In this document: piece after piece, positions 48,674 to 58,953 of the stretch | How the letters are laid out: every line of letters begins with the position of its first letter | Position numbering within the stretch: position 1 is the stretch's first letter | Origin: an uncultured Candidatus Rokubacteria bacterium | Lineage (GTDB): Bacteria > Methylomirabilota > Methylomirabilia > Rokubacteriales > CSP1-6 | Assembly: GCA_963762145.1 (NCBI GenBank) | Contig: CAVXJS010000005.1 | Location: 24,133-88,132 of the forward strand | Reading direction: 5' to 3' | Length of the DNA: 64,000 nucleotides | Translations under genes and position numbers: made by a program | Notes under the pieces: generated by a model | Database searches by the model: none | What the model saw: only the letters and a program-made list of their open reading frames with translations | What the model was told of the DNA's origin: nothing

Positions 48674-49889
48674 TCACGCATTTAGCGCGCGATCCTCTCG
48701 TCGGCCGTTCGCCGGGGGCGGAAGCGGTTGCGCCTGGGTCGCGGCGGGACGCGTGTCCGCCGCCTCGATGGCCGCGGCGAGCCCTTCCGCGTGATGCCGG
48801 TCCCCGCCCGGGACGAAGTGGCCGTAGAGGTCCACCGTGACCTGGATCGAGGAGTGGCCGAGCTGGCGGGACTACGTAGGCGATTGGTACGCCCCGCCGG
48901 AGCATCAGGCTCGCGTAGGTGTGCCGAGCGTCATGGATGCGGATGTGCGCGCACCGCCGCCTTGTCGAGCAGCGGGGGCCAGACGTGGCGCCAGACCCAC
49001 GAGGCGTTGAGCGGCCGGGTAGGGTCGATGGCCGCCGGGAAGACCCACGGCGACAGCTCGTGGCCGGCGACGGCCGCCTCGGCCTGGGCGATGGAGTGGC
49101 GCTCGTGGAGCTGGGCCATCAGCGCGGCGGGGCAGTCCACGATGCGGAGCCGGCCCGACTTGGGCGTGTTCACGAGCACCCGGCCGCCGCGCACCGCCAC
49201 GGTCCGCTGCAGGTCGATCAGGTTGCGGCGCCGGGTCGAGGTCCGCCCACTGCAGCCCGAGCGCCTCGCCCTCTCGCATGCCGGTGAGAAACAGCACCGC
49301 ACGAGCAGGGCGTGGTCGGGATACCACTTTTGGGCGGCGGCTAGCACCTGCGCCACCTGCTCGGGCTCGAGCACCATGACGTGCGCGCGAGGATCGTGGC
49401 GCAGGCCGAAGAGCCGCCCCACGCGCGCGGCCGGATTGGACGGGATGATTTCGTCGCCCACGGCCGCGTAGAGGATGCTGCGCAGGGTGGCGGCCATGTT
49501 CTTCACCGTGTTGCGGGCGGCGCCGCTCTGGAGCTTCTTGGCGACAAAGGCCCGCACGTGCGCCGGACGGATCTCGCCGAGGGTCATGGCCCCGAACGTC
49601 GGCTCCAGGTGGGCCGTGATGATCTGCTCGAGTACTGGGCGGTCCGGGCCTTGCGGTGCGGCACGATGGTCTCGGTACGCCACTGCACTGCGTACGCTTT
49701 GAACGTCGGCACGGGCGCACTTTCGATAAAGGCCGGCCCGCCCTCGTGCAGCCGGCGCTCGCTGCCCGCCGCGACATACGTCGCCGCCTTTTCCGACCCG
49801 ATGCGCCGGCTGCGCCGCTGCTTGCCGTGGCGGATGAACACCCAGTAGACGCCGCTCCCGGGAACCTTCTCGCGAACCGTGACACCCAT
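48674..49889 (-). CDS. Tyrosine integrase (multiple frameshifts)
   Basis: TGMREGEALGLQW, TPKSG, IHDARHTYAS, QLGHSSIQVTVDLYGH over several frames. Confidence 0.85.
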
Positions 49890-49893
49890 GGCC

Positions 49894-50126
49894 TTACCTC
49901 CGTCGTCGGGCCCGCGGGGGCGGGCGAATGTCGAGGACAACAGACGCGCCCAGCGCTCGAGCGATGCGGGTCAAGGTGGGGACGGTCGGGACCCGCTCGC
50001 CGAGCTCGACTTTCTGGACATACACGGTCGAGAGCAGGCACCGGTCGGCCAGGTCGGCTTGCGTCCAACCCCGCGCTTCTCGGAGCGCCTTGATCCGGGG
50101 TCCGAGCGGCTTCGCGGGGTACGCAT
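49894..50126 (-). CDS. XRE-family repressor
   Basis: IKALREARGWTQADLADRC..S..Y..KVELGER.P; ATG 50126 needs a 1-nt correction in a C run. Confidence 0.8.
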
Positions 50127-50140
50127 ACTCACAGTATGCG
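50122..50140. promoter_or_regulatory. Palindromic operator CGCATACT-CAC-AGTATGCG over XRE start/-10
   Basis: Perfect 8-bp inverted repeat; TTGACT-N18-TACTGT on minus strand. Confidence 0.65.
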
Positions 50141-50156
50141 CATGGTCCCCGCGCAG

Positions 50157-50465
50157 TCAAGCCTCTTCGCGCCCAGGCCGACCCTGGTCAAGCCCGCGCG
50201 TCATCTCCGTCACGATCCGGTCGAGGTCGGGGCCGGTGACCCGATGGCGGGTGATCCATGCATCCAGTTCGCTGCGGCGTAGCAGGTACTGGCCGGCGAC
50301 CAAGTAGGCCGGGAGGCGGCAGGCCGGGTCACAGTCGGTGATGGCCCGACGCAGCGTGGAGACGCGAAGACCCGAGTGATCGGCCGCCGCTCTCAAGGGC
50401 ATGAAGGGGTCGCCGGGGAGGGAGACGATCACCCGCTCCGCCAGCACGCCACGCACCTGGCCCAC
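50157..50465 (-). CDS. Excisionase-like HTH protein
   Basis: FMPLRAAADHSGLRVSTLRRAI..LPAYLVAG.YLLRRSELDAWI. Confidence 0.7.
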   Translation of the reverse strand: MGQVRGVLAERVIVSLPGDPFMPLRAAADHSGLRVSTLRRAITDCDPACRLPAYLVAGQYLLRRSELDAWITRHRVTGPDLDRIVTEMTRGLDQGRPGREEA

Positions 50466-50468
50466 GCC

Positions 50469-50747
50469 TCATGCCTTGGGGGGTGGCTGGGTGGCGAGCG
50501 CCATCCGCCGTCTCCGCCGTTGCTGCTCGATGGTGAGCAACCAGTCGTCAATGAGAGTGGGCGAGCTGACGACGTGGCGGCCCCACCGAATCACGGGGAA
50601 GGCCATCGTGAGCCGGTAGCCCTGCAGGGTGTTCGGACGTTTGCGCGCGTAACGGGCGATCTCGGCCCACCCGAGCAGCAGCCGCGGGGCGCGCCCGGTA
50701 TGCGCCTCCTCCGGGCCATCGGTAAGAACCCGGCGGGGGCGGTTCAT
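50469..50747 (-). CDS. Small DNA-binding (HTH-like) protein
   Basis: LLGWAEIARYARKRPNTL..Y....FP..IDDW pattern. Confidence 0.55.
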   Translation of the reverse strand: MNRPRRVLTDGPEEAHTGRAPRLLLGWAEIARYARKRPNTLQGYRLTMAFPVIRWGRHVVSSPTLIDDWLLTIEQQRRRRRMALATQPPPKA

Positions 50748-51182
50748 GGTGCGGGCCGTTCAGTGGCCGGTGGCAGGCGGCGTTGTGGACCGGGGAGGGC
50801 GGCGAGTTTGGCGTCGAGCGCGGCGAGCTCGGCTTCCAGTTCCATGTCCGAGAGGCGGTGCAGGTGGTGGACGTCGACGCTGCCCTCGATCTCGAGCTTC
50901 TCGGTGTATCCGGCGAGGCGGCCGGCGATGGCCAGGCCCTGCGCCCAGCGGTCCGGGATACATTCGGCCTGGGCGGCCAGGGCCTCCGGGCCCGGGGCCG
51001 CGTCGAACGTAGCGCTGCAGGATGCGGCGGAAGGGGCGCGGCTGAGCGCCGCGATCTCCGCAGGGTGTCCGCGGCCGGGCCTCCGTGGCGGGGTCCGGGC
51101 CGCCCCCGGTGGACTTGTCCGGTGTGGCCATCCCGCGACGGGGAGGCCGGGGAGGAGACTCCTGGCGCTTCTTCTTGGCCAT
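50744..51182 (-). CDS. Terminase small subunit-like protein (frameshifted)
   Basis: Reassembled C-terminus AGRLAGYTEKLEIEGSVDVHHLHRLSDMELEAELAAL resembles TerS tails. Confidence 0.4.
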
Positions 51183-51664
51183 CAGGCGTCTCCTGTCGTC
51201 TCCACCATCTGGTGCAGCTGGGCCTCTTGCGGGCTTTCCTGCGGGAATTGGATGCTGGAGCCGCCGGTCATCGTGGGCCGCCGATCTGTCCATGCCGTCT
51301 CCGCGGGGTCTTCGACGAATTCGAGGTCGCTCGGCGGGACCGCTTCCAGGGCGATGTACACCGCGACGAGACACGCGCGCAGCGCCAGCTGCGGCCAACC
51401 TGTGCCCCACACGAGAGGCAGAACCCAGCGCGCGGCGCGGGGGCAGTGGGCAGGGCGAGGCAGGGAAGGGCAGCCTGGTGCCGGGTGGCCTCGATCTGAC
51501 GGCGGAAGCACACGGCGCGTTCGAGCACCCCCACACGTCGCCGCCTCGTCACGGAGCCGGGCCGCCCAGGCCGGCGCGACCCGGAGGCGCGGGCGCTCGG
51601 GTGGATCCCAGACCACGGAGCCGCCGTCAGCCAGGGCCCGCGTAAGCATCATGGGGCTGGCCAT
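51182..51664 (-). CDS. Hypothetical protein downstream of primase (frameshifted, CxxC motifs)
   Basis: GGAGG SD; CLSCG..RWRC-like segment in alternate frame. Confidence 0.4.
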   Translation of the reverse strand: MASPMMLTRALADGGSVVWDPPERPRLRVAPAWAARLRDEAATCGGARTRRVLPPSDRGHPAPGCPSLPRPAHCPRAARWVLPLVWGTGWPQLALRACLVAVYIALEAVPPSDLEFVEDPAETAWTDRRPTMTGGSSIQFPQESPQEAQLHQMVETTGDA

Positions 51665-53660
51665 GGATTACCTCCTCGATCTCCGTCCCAAGGCTGCCAT
51701 TGCCCCGAAGGTTGCCACCGAAGGCTGCCATACCCTGAGACGTGGCAGCCTCGGGGAAGACTGTCGCCATTTCGTCTTTTTCGTCGCTCGGTTGCTGAAG
51801 GCTGCCACGTCTGTGTATATGGCAGCCTTCGGTGCGGGTGGCAGCCTTCGGCGGTTCCCATTCCACGTCTGGCAGGACCCAGCACCACGCGCCTTTCTTC
51901 CCGGGTTGGCCGACGTGGCGCGCTTTGATCCCGAGCCGACGCTTCGCCCGGTACAGAGTCCGCTCCGACACCCCGTTGGCCCTCGCGGCCTTGAACAGTT
52001 CGGTCGAGAGCTGCTGGCCTCCTCCCGCCAGCAGTTCCTGAAGGAGATCAGCGTCGCGGCGCTCCTCCCGGTCTTCCGCGGCGGCGACGCCCAGCAGCGT
52101 GTCAGCCTCAATGCCGGCGACCGGATCCGGCTCCCACTCCACCCGCGCGGCGCCCGGCGTCGATTCCACCAGCCGGTAGGCGAGCGTGGCGGGTGGGCTG
52201 CTCACGTTGGTCTTCACGGGCACCAGCAGCCGGCGGGCGTCGTCGTCCGGGTCCTTGCCGACCGCCAGCACGACGCGCGCGGCTCCGACAAACCCGACGG
52301 ACCCCCCGGCGCGGTGTATGGCCCGACGTTGGCTGTCCTTGGTCAAATGCATCACCGCGAGCACCGACACGGCATGCCGCTCAGCCATGGCGGCCAGGGG
52401 CGCCAAGAGGGCGCGCACTTCGGCGTCCTTGTAGCTATCGGTCCCCCCGAGGTACGCCGAGAGCGGGTCGATGACGACGAGGACAGCCTCCGTGGCCGTG
52501 ATGGCCATCTCGAGGAGGGCGGGTAGGTCCGCGGCGAGTGAGAAGGCGTGTTCCCCGTCTTGCGTCCGGACGGCGCGGAGTATGTGGAATCGCGATGCGT
52601 CGCCTTGGAGGGCGTCCACCCGGGGTCGGATCGTATCGGCGATCCCGTCCTCCGCGCTGAGCAGGATGGCGTCCCCGAGCAGCGCACGCCCGGCGTCCGG
52701 CCACGCCTGGCCGGTGGAGATCCTCGAGGCGGCGTCGAGCGTCAAAAAACTCTTCCCGAGGCCGGGATCGCCCGCGAGGATCGTGACCTTCCCTCGGGCC
52801 AGGCGCCCGGGCCAGAGCCACGCGACGGGCTCTGGAGCGACGTCGGCAAGCCGGACGAGGACGGGCCCTGACGCCGGGGCTGCGGTGGTGGCTTCTTGAC
52901 CGGTAACCGCGGCCTCAGCTAGCGCCTCGAGCTCCGCCGCGTCGTGCCCTCCGTGGAGCCAGTCCGACACATCCTCCCCGTGCTTGTCCCGGACCGGTGG
53001 CAGCCCGGGCAGGGTGATGGTGAACGCGGCGAGCCCCGCGTCCCGGCAGGAGTGCTCGATGTCCGTGGCATGCGCGACGCCGGTACGATCGTTGTCAGGA
53101 ATGATGATCACGATTCCGACGCCCGCCGCCTGGAGCTGGCTGGCGTAGTCCGCCCGCCAGGAGCCAGCACCGCCGGGATTCGTAGTCGCCGGGAGCCCCT
53201 GCACCCAGAGCGTGTCGACGTCTTTCTCGCCTTCTACGACGTACACGCCGTCCTGCCCGTTGAGGTCGGGCAGGCGATAGAGCACCCGGCGTACGCCAGT
53301 GAGATTGGGGATCCAGCCTCCATGCCCGTCGGGCCGGCGCTGCGTGAATCCTTTCGGTTCGAAGCGAACGACCTCGAAGAGGAGCTCGCCGGACTCGTCT
53401 CGATAGGGATAGGTCGTGGCGATGATACGAGTCGGAGTTGTGCTGGCCGGAACGTGAAAGAGGTCGGCATACCGAAGCCCGAGGGGTTTCAGGATGGCGC
53501 CCGTCTCACACCCCGCGTGGCACTTCAGCACTAGGCCCTGGTCGCCATCGCGGAAGCTGAGCGAGGGGTTCGTGTCGTCGTGCGCCGGGCAGCGGCTCAC
53601 GAAGGCGGCGCCGCGACGGCGCGGGCCTTCTACGCGGCTAGCGAACTCAACGGCGGTCAT
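51627..53660 (-). CDS. Primase-helicase: Zn finger + TOPRIM + AAA_25/RepA helicase
   Basis: CPAHDD.NPSLS..CHAGC; VEGEKD, IPDND; GDPGLGKS Walker A; VVIDP Walker B. Confidence 0.88.
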   Translation of the reverse strand: MTAVEFASRVEGPRRRGAAFVSRCPAHDDTNPSLSFRDGDQGLVLKCHAGCETGAILKPLGLRYADLFHVPASTTPTRIIATTYPYRDESGELLFEVVRFEPKGFTQRRPDGHGGWIPNLTGVRRVLYRLPDLNGQDGVYVVEGEKDVDTLWVQGLPATTNPGGAGSWRADYASQLQAAGVGIVIIIPDNDRTGVAHATDIEHSCRDAGLAAFTITLPGLPPVRDKHGEDVSDWLHGGHDAAELEALAEAAVTGQEATTAAPASGPVLVRLADVAPEPVAWLWPGRLARGKVTILAGDPGLGKSFLTLDAASRISTGQAWPDAGRALLGDAILLSAEDGIADTIRPRVDALQGDASRFHILRAVRTQDGEHAFSLAADLPALLEMAITATEAVLVVIDPLSAYLGGTDSYKDAEVRALLAPLAAMAERHAVSVLAVMHLTKDSQRRAIHRAGGSVGFVGAARVVLAVGKDPDDDARRLLVPVKTNVSSPPATLAYRLVESTPGAARVEWEPDPVAGIEADTLLGVAAAEDREERRDADLLQELLAGGGQQLSTELFKAARANGVSERTLYRAKRRLGIKARHVGQPGKKGAWCWVLPDVEWEPPKAATRTEGCHIHRRGSLQQPSDEKDEMATVFPEAATSQGMAAFGGNLRGNGSLGTEIEEVIHGQPHDAYAGPG
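51690..51849. repeat. Iteron-like GAAGGCTGCCA repeats (7 copies, direct and inverted)
   Basis: Copies at 51690, 51707, 51720, 51797 (+) and 51743, 51820, 51839 (inverted). Confidence 0.75.
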
Positions 53661-53895
53661 CTCGCTCCCTCCGCCACATCTCGTCAAACTTCCGTAGCTC
53701 GTGGAGATCGCGTCCGAACGCGAGATGAAAGATCAGCGCGCACTCGGGATGATAGAAGCGATGACCAGTGGCTTGAGCCCACCCGATCGCCGGGTCGGCT
53801 TCGATCCGAGCGTCGCAATGCTCGCACTGGCGGCCGATCGCAGAGGTGAAGTCGCCAGCCGTGCCGAGGTGGAAGCCGAATCCTGTTACGGCCAT
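53647..53895 (-). CDS. Small Zn-binding hypothetical protein
   Basis: CEHC...HPEC; start coupled to upstream HTH stop. Confidence 0.5.
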   Translation of the reverse strand: MAVTGFGFHLGTAGDFTSAIGRQCEHCDARIEADPAIGWAQATGHRFYHPECALIFHLAFGRDLHELRKFDEMWRRERDDRR

Positions 53896-54110
53896 CAGCG
53901 ACCGTTCATTCCGGCGGCCCCGGCGAGGCCGTCCTGTAGGCGCCGAATGTCCAACACTGAGAACATCCACCGATTGCCGATCCGGCGAGGGGTGAGCCCG
54001 AGGCGTCGCCAGGCTCTCCTGTCTTTCAGGGTGGAGGGGCTGCGTCCAAGCGCGCGGGCCGCCTCCCGAGCCGGGATGTACTGCTCCAAAGTCTCGCAAC
54101 TCTGATGCAC
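53895..54110 (-). CDS. AlpA/Xis-like HTH protein
   Basis: YIPAREAARALGRSPSTLK...RRIGNRWMF. Confidence 0.7.
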   Translation of the reverse strand: MHQSCETLEQYIPAREAARALGRSPSTLKDRRAWRRLGLTPRRIGNRWMFSVLDIRRLQDGLAGAAGMNGR

Positions 54111-54220
54111 GCCACCATAAGACGAGCGTTCGTAGGCGAATGCGAGCGAATCTGTGTCGCTGAACTCCGCAATTTAATCAGCGCCACGGCGAGGCGCGAA
54201 GCGGGCGAAGGGCGGCCAGG

Positions 54221-55083
54221 CTAGCGGCGCACGCGTACTGACGACTGGAGGACCAGTGCGCCTTGAAGTCCGCTCACACTGGCCGTGGCGCTGATTCGGT
54301 CTGGATCGCGAAGGCATGTCCCGCACAAGTGCCAGCTGGTGTCACGCCCGCTCATCCTTCTCAATCGAATGATGCCAGACGCGTGGCCACTGTGGGGCCG
54401 GCTACACGCATTGCAGAAGTAGCGCAGCCAGGGTGCGTACTTCTCACGTTGTGTCTTGTTGGCTACCTTGAACGCGGGCCGCCGCGTTTGGCGAACATGC
54501 AATCGGCGCCGGGCCGGTGGCGCGTGTAGCGTCTCTCTGGCCCCCGGCTCTGGGACGGACAGCCCCATCTCGTACGCCAACTCCCTTGGTGTCTTGCCCT
54601 CGTGCGGAATGGGTAGGCGACCAAGTAACTTGAAGAACCCACTCCAACTGTTCGGGATTGACGCCTTATGCTTGATATCGTGATGCAAGCTTTCCCATTT
54701 CGGATGGTGCGGAAGCGCCGCCACGATCAGGCCCCTCGCTTCGTGATCGCGTTGGAGCTGGAGAGCAGTGGGCGGCGTTCCTGGCGGCCAAAACTTCGCG
54801 AGGGCCTTCACGCGTTCACGCGCCCACGCGATGGGCGTAGGTCCCCATACCCAAGGGAGTCCAGCACTCCCTCGCGGGCGGCCAGGAGAGCGAGTTTCAG
54901 AAATTTGACGGATTCGGCATCCTGGGTGGGACACCCTTCACGGGCCGACAACAACGGCAGGCTGTTCGCTCTGGCCTTGAGCTTCCAGTATGCATCCACC
55001 AGCTGTCGTCGGCGGGACTCGTGGGTAATGGGCTGGCGGCCGCGCCGGCGGGTCGGCGTGCCCTTCTTGTCTTGGTGCCGCAT
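54221..55083 (-). CDS. Hypothetical protein (two ORFs joined by frameshift ~54840)
   Basis: SLGYG/PTPIAWARERV join at a G run; C-terminal CxxC..CxxC. Confidence 0.4.
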
Positions 55084-55363
55084 CGTAACCGTCCCCGTAA
55101 CGGACCCGGAAGGAATCATCGGGCCAAGCCGCCGGGAGCAGACCCTAGGCCCGTGAGGCGCTCACATTGTAAGCCGATCGACCAGCCACCGGAGTACTGC
55201 CATCCTGATCGTCAACGACACGGGAGCGCCACGAGGTGGCGATCACGTCACCGCGGGTCTGGCCCCTGATGTTCGCTTGCCTCTGCTAACCGACGCTGCT
55301 CCTCAGCCTTAAGCTCGGTGAGGCGCGCCTCAAGGTTCCTCAATGTCGCCATTGTGTCGATAT

Positions 55364-56538
55364 TTACCGGGACGTATGGATCGGTCCTGCCCAGAAGAGC
55401 CCCTTCTCCGCGTCCCAGATCTCTAGCTGACCGTTCAGAATCAATGCCCGCTGGAGGGAAATCGCGTCAATTTCGTATCGTACGGCCTGCGGAGACGTAT
55501 CGTCCCGGACCGCGAGGTACCCGAACGGGTCGAACAGCAGTCGTTCGTGAGCGAAGTCCAGTTGCAGCAGGGCCAACGACAGCCCATCCGCAGACTCACA
55601 CTTCAGGACGACACGGCCATCGGCAACCTCGGTCGGCTCGGCGCCTAGGCCCTCGAGTCCGGCCATCGACTTCTGGTCGCGGACTCGCAAACTGAGGCGC
55701 GGCATCGGCGGGAACTCTCCGGGCGGGACGCTCTCGCCACGCCTGATGCGCTCGACGATCGTCTGGCCTACGAGCTCATGGAAGCCCCTAAGCTCGTAGA
55801 GGTGCTCTCGCCAGATCGTCGCGTGTGACTTCACGCCCATTTCGTGTTCGATCACACGCTCAGCGAGGGCCTGAATAACGGGCAGGTCGGCCATGAGCCG
55901 TCGCGTGTCCTCGGGATCGTCAGGATCAGCGATCGGCTCGGCCCGGCGTGGGCAACAGCACATCGACCTGACGTGTAGAGGTAGTCGCCCACGTCCTTTC
56001 CGCCCGTCCGCAGTTCTGCCACCCGCTTTTTGGCCGCCGCTTCGGATAGCTGATCCACGACGTGGTTGATCCAGGCTATCTGCGGGGAGCCGTTGGGAAA
56101 GCGAACGTTCAGTATCTTGAAGAAGCTGAGAAACCTGTAAGCGATGCTGTTCGCGGAATGCGCTTCGCGGTACAGCCCCAGCGTCAGTCTGGCCTTCGCG
56201 TCTGGGGGATCTGGAAGGTAGTCAGCCCGAAAACTCGGGCTTACCACGTGGCCACCACCCTTGCCTATCCAGATAGGATGACTACCCCCGACCGATTCAA
56301 GGTCCTGAATCGGCCTTCCTTCGGCCCAGGAGAGAGAGCTCAAGAAGTGGCGTACGAGTCGCAGCGCCTCGTCGTCGGTCAGCTGCCCCCTCTTGTAGGT
56401 GAGGAGGACAGTGGGCGCCAGCTGCGCGGTTTCCGGGCAGAGCGTGAACTCGTGGTCTCGGAACTTGACGACCGTCTCCACGGTGGGCCACGGTACGCCA
56501 CTTTCTACCCGCACCCGCAAGTGCCATTTCAATAGCAT
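55364..56538 (-). CDS. MauJ-like / HEPN-motif protein (frameshift ~55945)
   Basis: LGLYREA..NS..YRFLSFFKIL, YLYTSGRCAVAHA (RxxxxH), DPDDPED.RRL. Confidence 0.65.
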
Positions 56539-56664
56539 CGGCTTGTCACACTAGCCCTTCTACCTCTTGCCGCCGACCACCCAGGGGCGGCCTCTGCCCG
56601 TTCAGCACATGAGTCGTTCCGCTCCCCAAGAACAGCCGGGACCGAAGAAGTCAATGGCGCTTGC

Positions 56665-56865
56665 TCAGTTGGGACCCGTTCATAGCCCTGCCGCTGATAG
56701 TCGGCCACGCAGCCGCGGTCCTGTTCGCCCGCGGTGAAGGCGCGCACGCCGTAGGCCCATGTATCGCCGCAGGTCGCCCGGCGCCCATCAGGGTGCTGCA
56801 TGTGGATCACCGAACGTGCAGCCGGTCAATAGGGCAGCGCCCAGGGCGAGAGCCAGTCATCGCAT
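56665..56865 (-). pseudogene. Small lipoprotein, disrupted
   Basis: LTGC lipobox after an early in-frame stop; CVADYQRQGYERVP in second frame. Confidence 0.35.
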
Positions 56866-57030
56866 GTTGTCCTCCCCGTCAAGGCGTGATTGGGGGCGGA
56901 GGCAGGATAGGCGGACGAGGGCCACGACTGCAAGTCAGGGTGAAGCAGCGCGGACGTAGATGGCGGCATTCATCGGCGGCTCTCCTTGCCAGCTCATAGC
57001 GTTCAGCGCGTCGTCACCGCGGTCCGAAAC

Positions 57031-57235
57031 TCAGGGCTTGTCACGTTCGCGTTCCCGGTACTTCGGCACCTTGACCTTGAGTCACGAGAGCCTTCGCCCC
57101 TCTCGCTACGAGGAAGCTTCGTCCTTGCCGACCAGCTCCTCGTATCCCCGCTCGACCACCTGGGCCCAGGCGTCGAGGCCATCAGCCGCCAAGCGCCGGG
57201 CCGGGAGTTCCGAAGCGGCAAGCAGACGGTCGCGG
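57031..57235 (-). pseudogene. ATP-dependent DNA ligase fragment
   Basis: RRLAADGLDAWAQVVERGYEELVGKDEASS*..GR.LS*LKVK with internal stops; resembles ligase motifs IV-V. Confidence 0.55.
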
Positions 57236-57297
57236 GGATAAGGGGGCGTGACCGCCAGTGACCGGCGTAGGGCGGCGGTGGAGAAACGAGTTCCTGG

Positions 57298-58953
57298 TTA
57301 TCTGCTTAGTTCCTCAGGGAGCTTTGTGTTCCGTAGCGTCTTAGCTCCCCGAATCTGTGTCTGCGTAAGACCTTTAGCACCGCTCAGGTCCACGTCGGTA
57401 AGGTCGGAGCCCATAAGAGTCGCGCCAGACAGATCCGCCCCGCTAAGGTTGGCACCAGCAAGAACGGCATGCCTGAGATCGGCACCCGTCAGGTCAGCGC
57501 GCGAGAGGTCTGCCTCGATCAACACCGCCTCGGTGAGGACTGCCCTGACGAGGCTGGCCTGAGTAAGGTTTGCCTGGATGAGCGTGGCGCCATGCAGTTT
57601 GCCGTTGGTGATGTTTGCATTGAAGAGAATGGCTCTTATGAGAATAGCGTCCCTCAGATTCGCGCCGGTTAGATTGACACGGCGACCTTCGAGCAAGAAC
57701 GGGTATGGCCACCCTTCAAGGTGTTTTGGTCCGGCTACCGAAGGAGAGAGAATTGCTCCGGCCAAATTAGCGCCCACCAGGATTGCGTTCCGCAAAGATG
57801 CTCCAGTGAGGTCGGCCTCAACGAGGATCGCGCCGGTAAGATCGGCGCCATCTAGCCACGCCTCGACGGCAACTACTCGAGTGAGGTTTGCCTCGGCAAG
57901 GTTTGCGACGCGATCAGCCACAAGCGGAGCATAACGCCAAGTCGGAAACGACCACCAGCTATGAGGCGCTTCTGTCAGTGAGGGGTTCAGCTTTGCGCCG
58001 GAAAGGTTGGCTCGGTCGAGCCGCGATGCGTGTAGATTTGCGCCCTTAAGATCCGCGTTAACGAGGACCGCACGGGATAATGTCGCACGTGTGAAATTCG
58101 CGCGACTCAGTCTCGCTTCAGCGAGCATTGCAGAAGTCAGTTCCGCCTCCTCAAGGTTGCCGAAACGAATGTCTGCGCCTCGTAGATATGTCCCCGGTAG
58201 CCAGGCTCCCTTGAAATCGTCGCGGAAGAGATTTAGAGGCCGACGCCAGGACTGGCCTTGCAGGGTTAGACGCTGAAAGCTCGCCGGGTCAAGGTAGGCT
58301 CTCGCGATCACGTTGATCCATATCCATAGAGCGAGTGGAAGAACTAGCACGGAGAGTGCGACCAGCGCGAGTGTCACAATACGCAGTGTATTCTTGAGAC
58401 CTCGTCCGGAGGCTCGGGAACGCGAGATGAGGCAAAGGAGTAAGCGGAAGGTGACGACACCGGTAATGAGACTCAAGTCGATCCAAGCGAGACTTCCCCC
58501 TGCTTTCCACGCGAAGGTTGCCAAAACGAAAGGCACTAACCAGTAGAACAGCAGCGTAGTTAGCAGGCGTGCCCAACGCCGGTCCAGACTGAATAGTGTG
58601 ACCGCAGTCGCGGGAAGACTCAGGCGCCGTCGGGCAGCATCGAGTTCCAACCAATGACCGAAGAGAACATGCACGTGGATCAGGAGGACGATTAGCAGCA
58701 GAGGAGCGATGATGAGAAATGCTGCAAAGGACATAGAGACGTTTAACAAGGGCACCGCAATCGATGGTTCAGGAGCGATCAGCGAGCGGTCGGCCGCACC
58801 AAGGATCGTGAACAAGCAGAAGATGGCAACCGCGAGTAAGGACAGGGCCGCGCGATTGGCTGCGTCGGAACTCCGCTCGTAGAGAACAGAGATGGCTGCG
58901 CGATCTTCGTCGTGCGGCGTCGACGAGTCCACGGAAACCGAGTCGTTCGCCAT
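57298..58953 (-). CDS. Membrane-anchored pentapeptide-repeat protein
   Basis: Several N-terminal TM helices then long A(D/N)L(S/T)G repeats; lower GC than core. Confidence 0.88.
   Translation of the reverse strand: MANDSVSVDSSTPHDEDRAAISVLYERSSDAANRAALSLLAVAIFCLFTILGAADRSLIAPEPSIAVPLLNVSMSFAAFLIIAPLLLIVLLIHVHVLFGHWLELDAARRRLSLPATAVTLFSLDRRWARLLTTLLFYWLVPFVLATFAWKAGGSLAWIDLSLITGVVTFRLLLCLISRSRASGRGLKNTLRIVTLALVALSVLVLPLALWIWINVIARAYLDPASFQRLTLQGQSWRRPLNLFRDDFKGAWLPGTYLRGADIRFGNLEEAELTSAMLAEARLSRANFTRATLSRAVLVNADLKGANLHASRLDRANLSGAKLNPSLTEAPHSWWSFPTWRYAPLVADRVANLAEANLTRVVAVEAWLDGADLTGAILVEADLTGASLRNAILVGANLAGAILSPSVAGPKHLEGWPYPFLLEGRRVNLTGANLRDAILIRAILFNANITNGKLHGATLIQANLTQASLVRAVLTEAVLIEADLSRADLTGADLRHAVLAGANLSGADLSGATLMGSDLTDVDLSGAKGLTQTQIRGAKTLRNTKLPEELSR

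Larger units (their letters stand above)
48668..55100 (-). mobile_element. PICI/phage-satellite-like integrative element at tRNA-Arg 3' end (distal boundary not found)
   Basis: Integrase abutting tRNA, XRE, Xis-like, TerS-like, primase-helicase; no capsid/tail genes seen. Confidence 0.7.
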
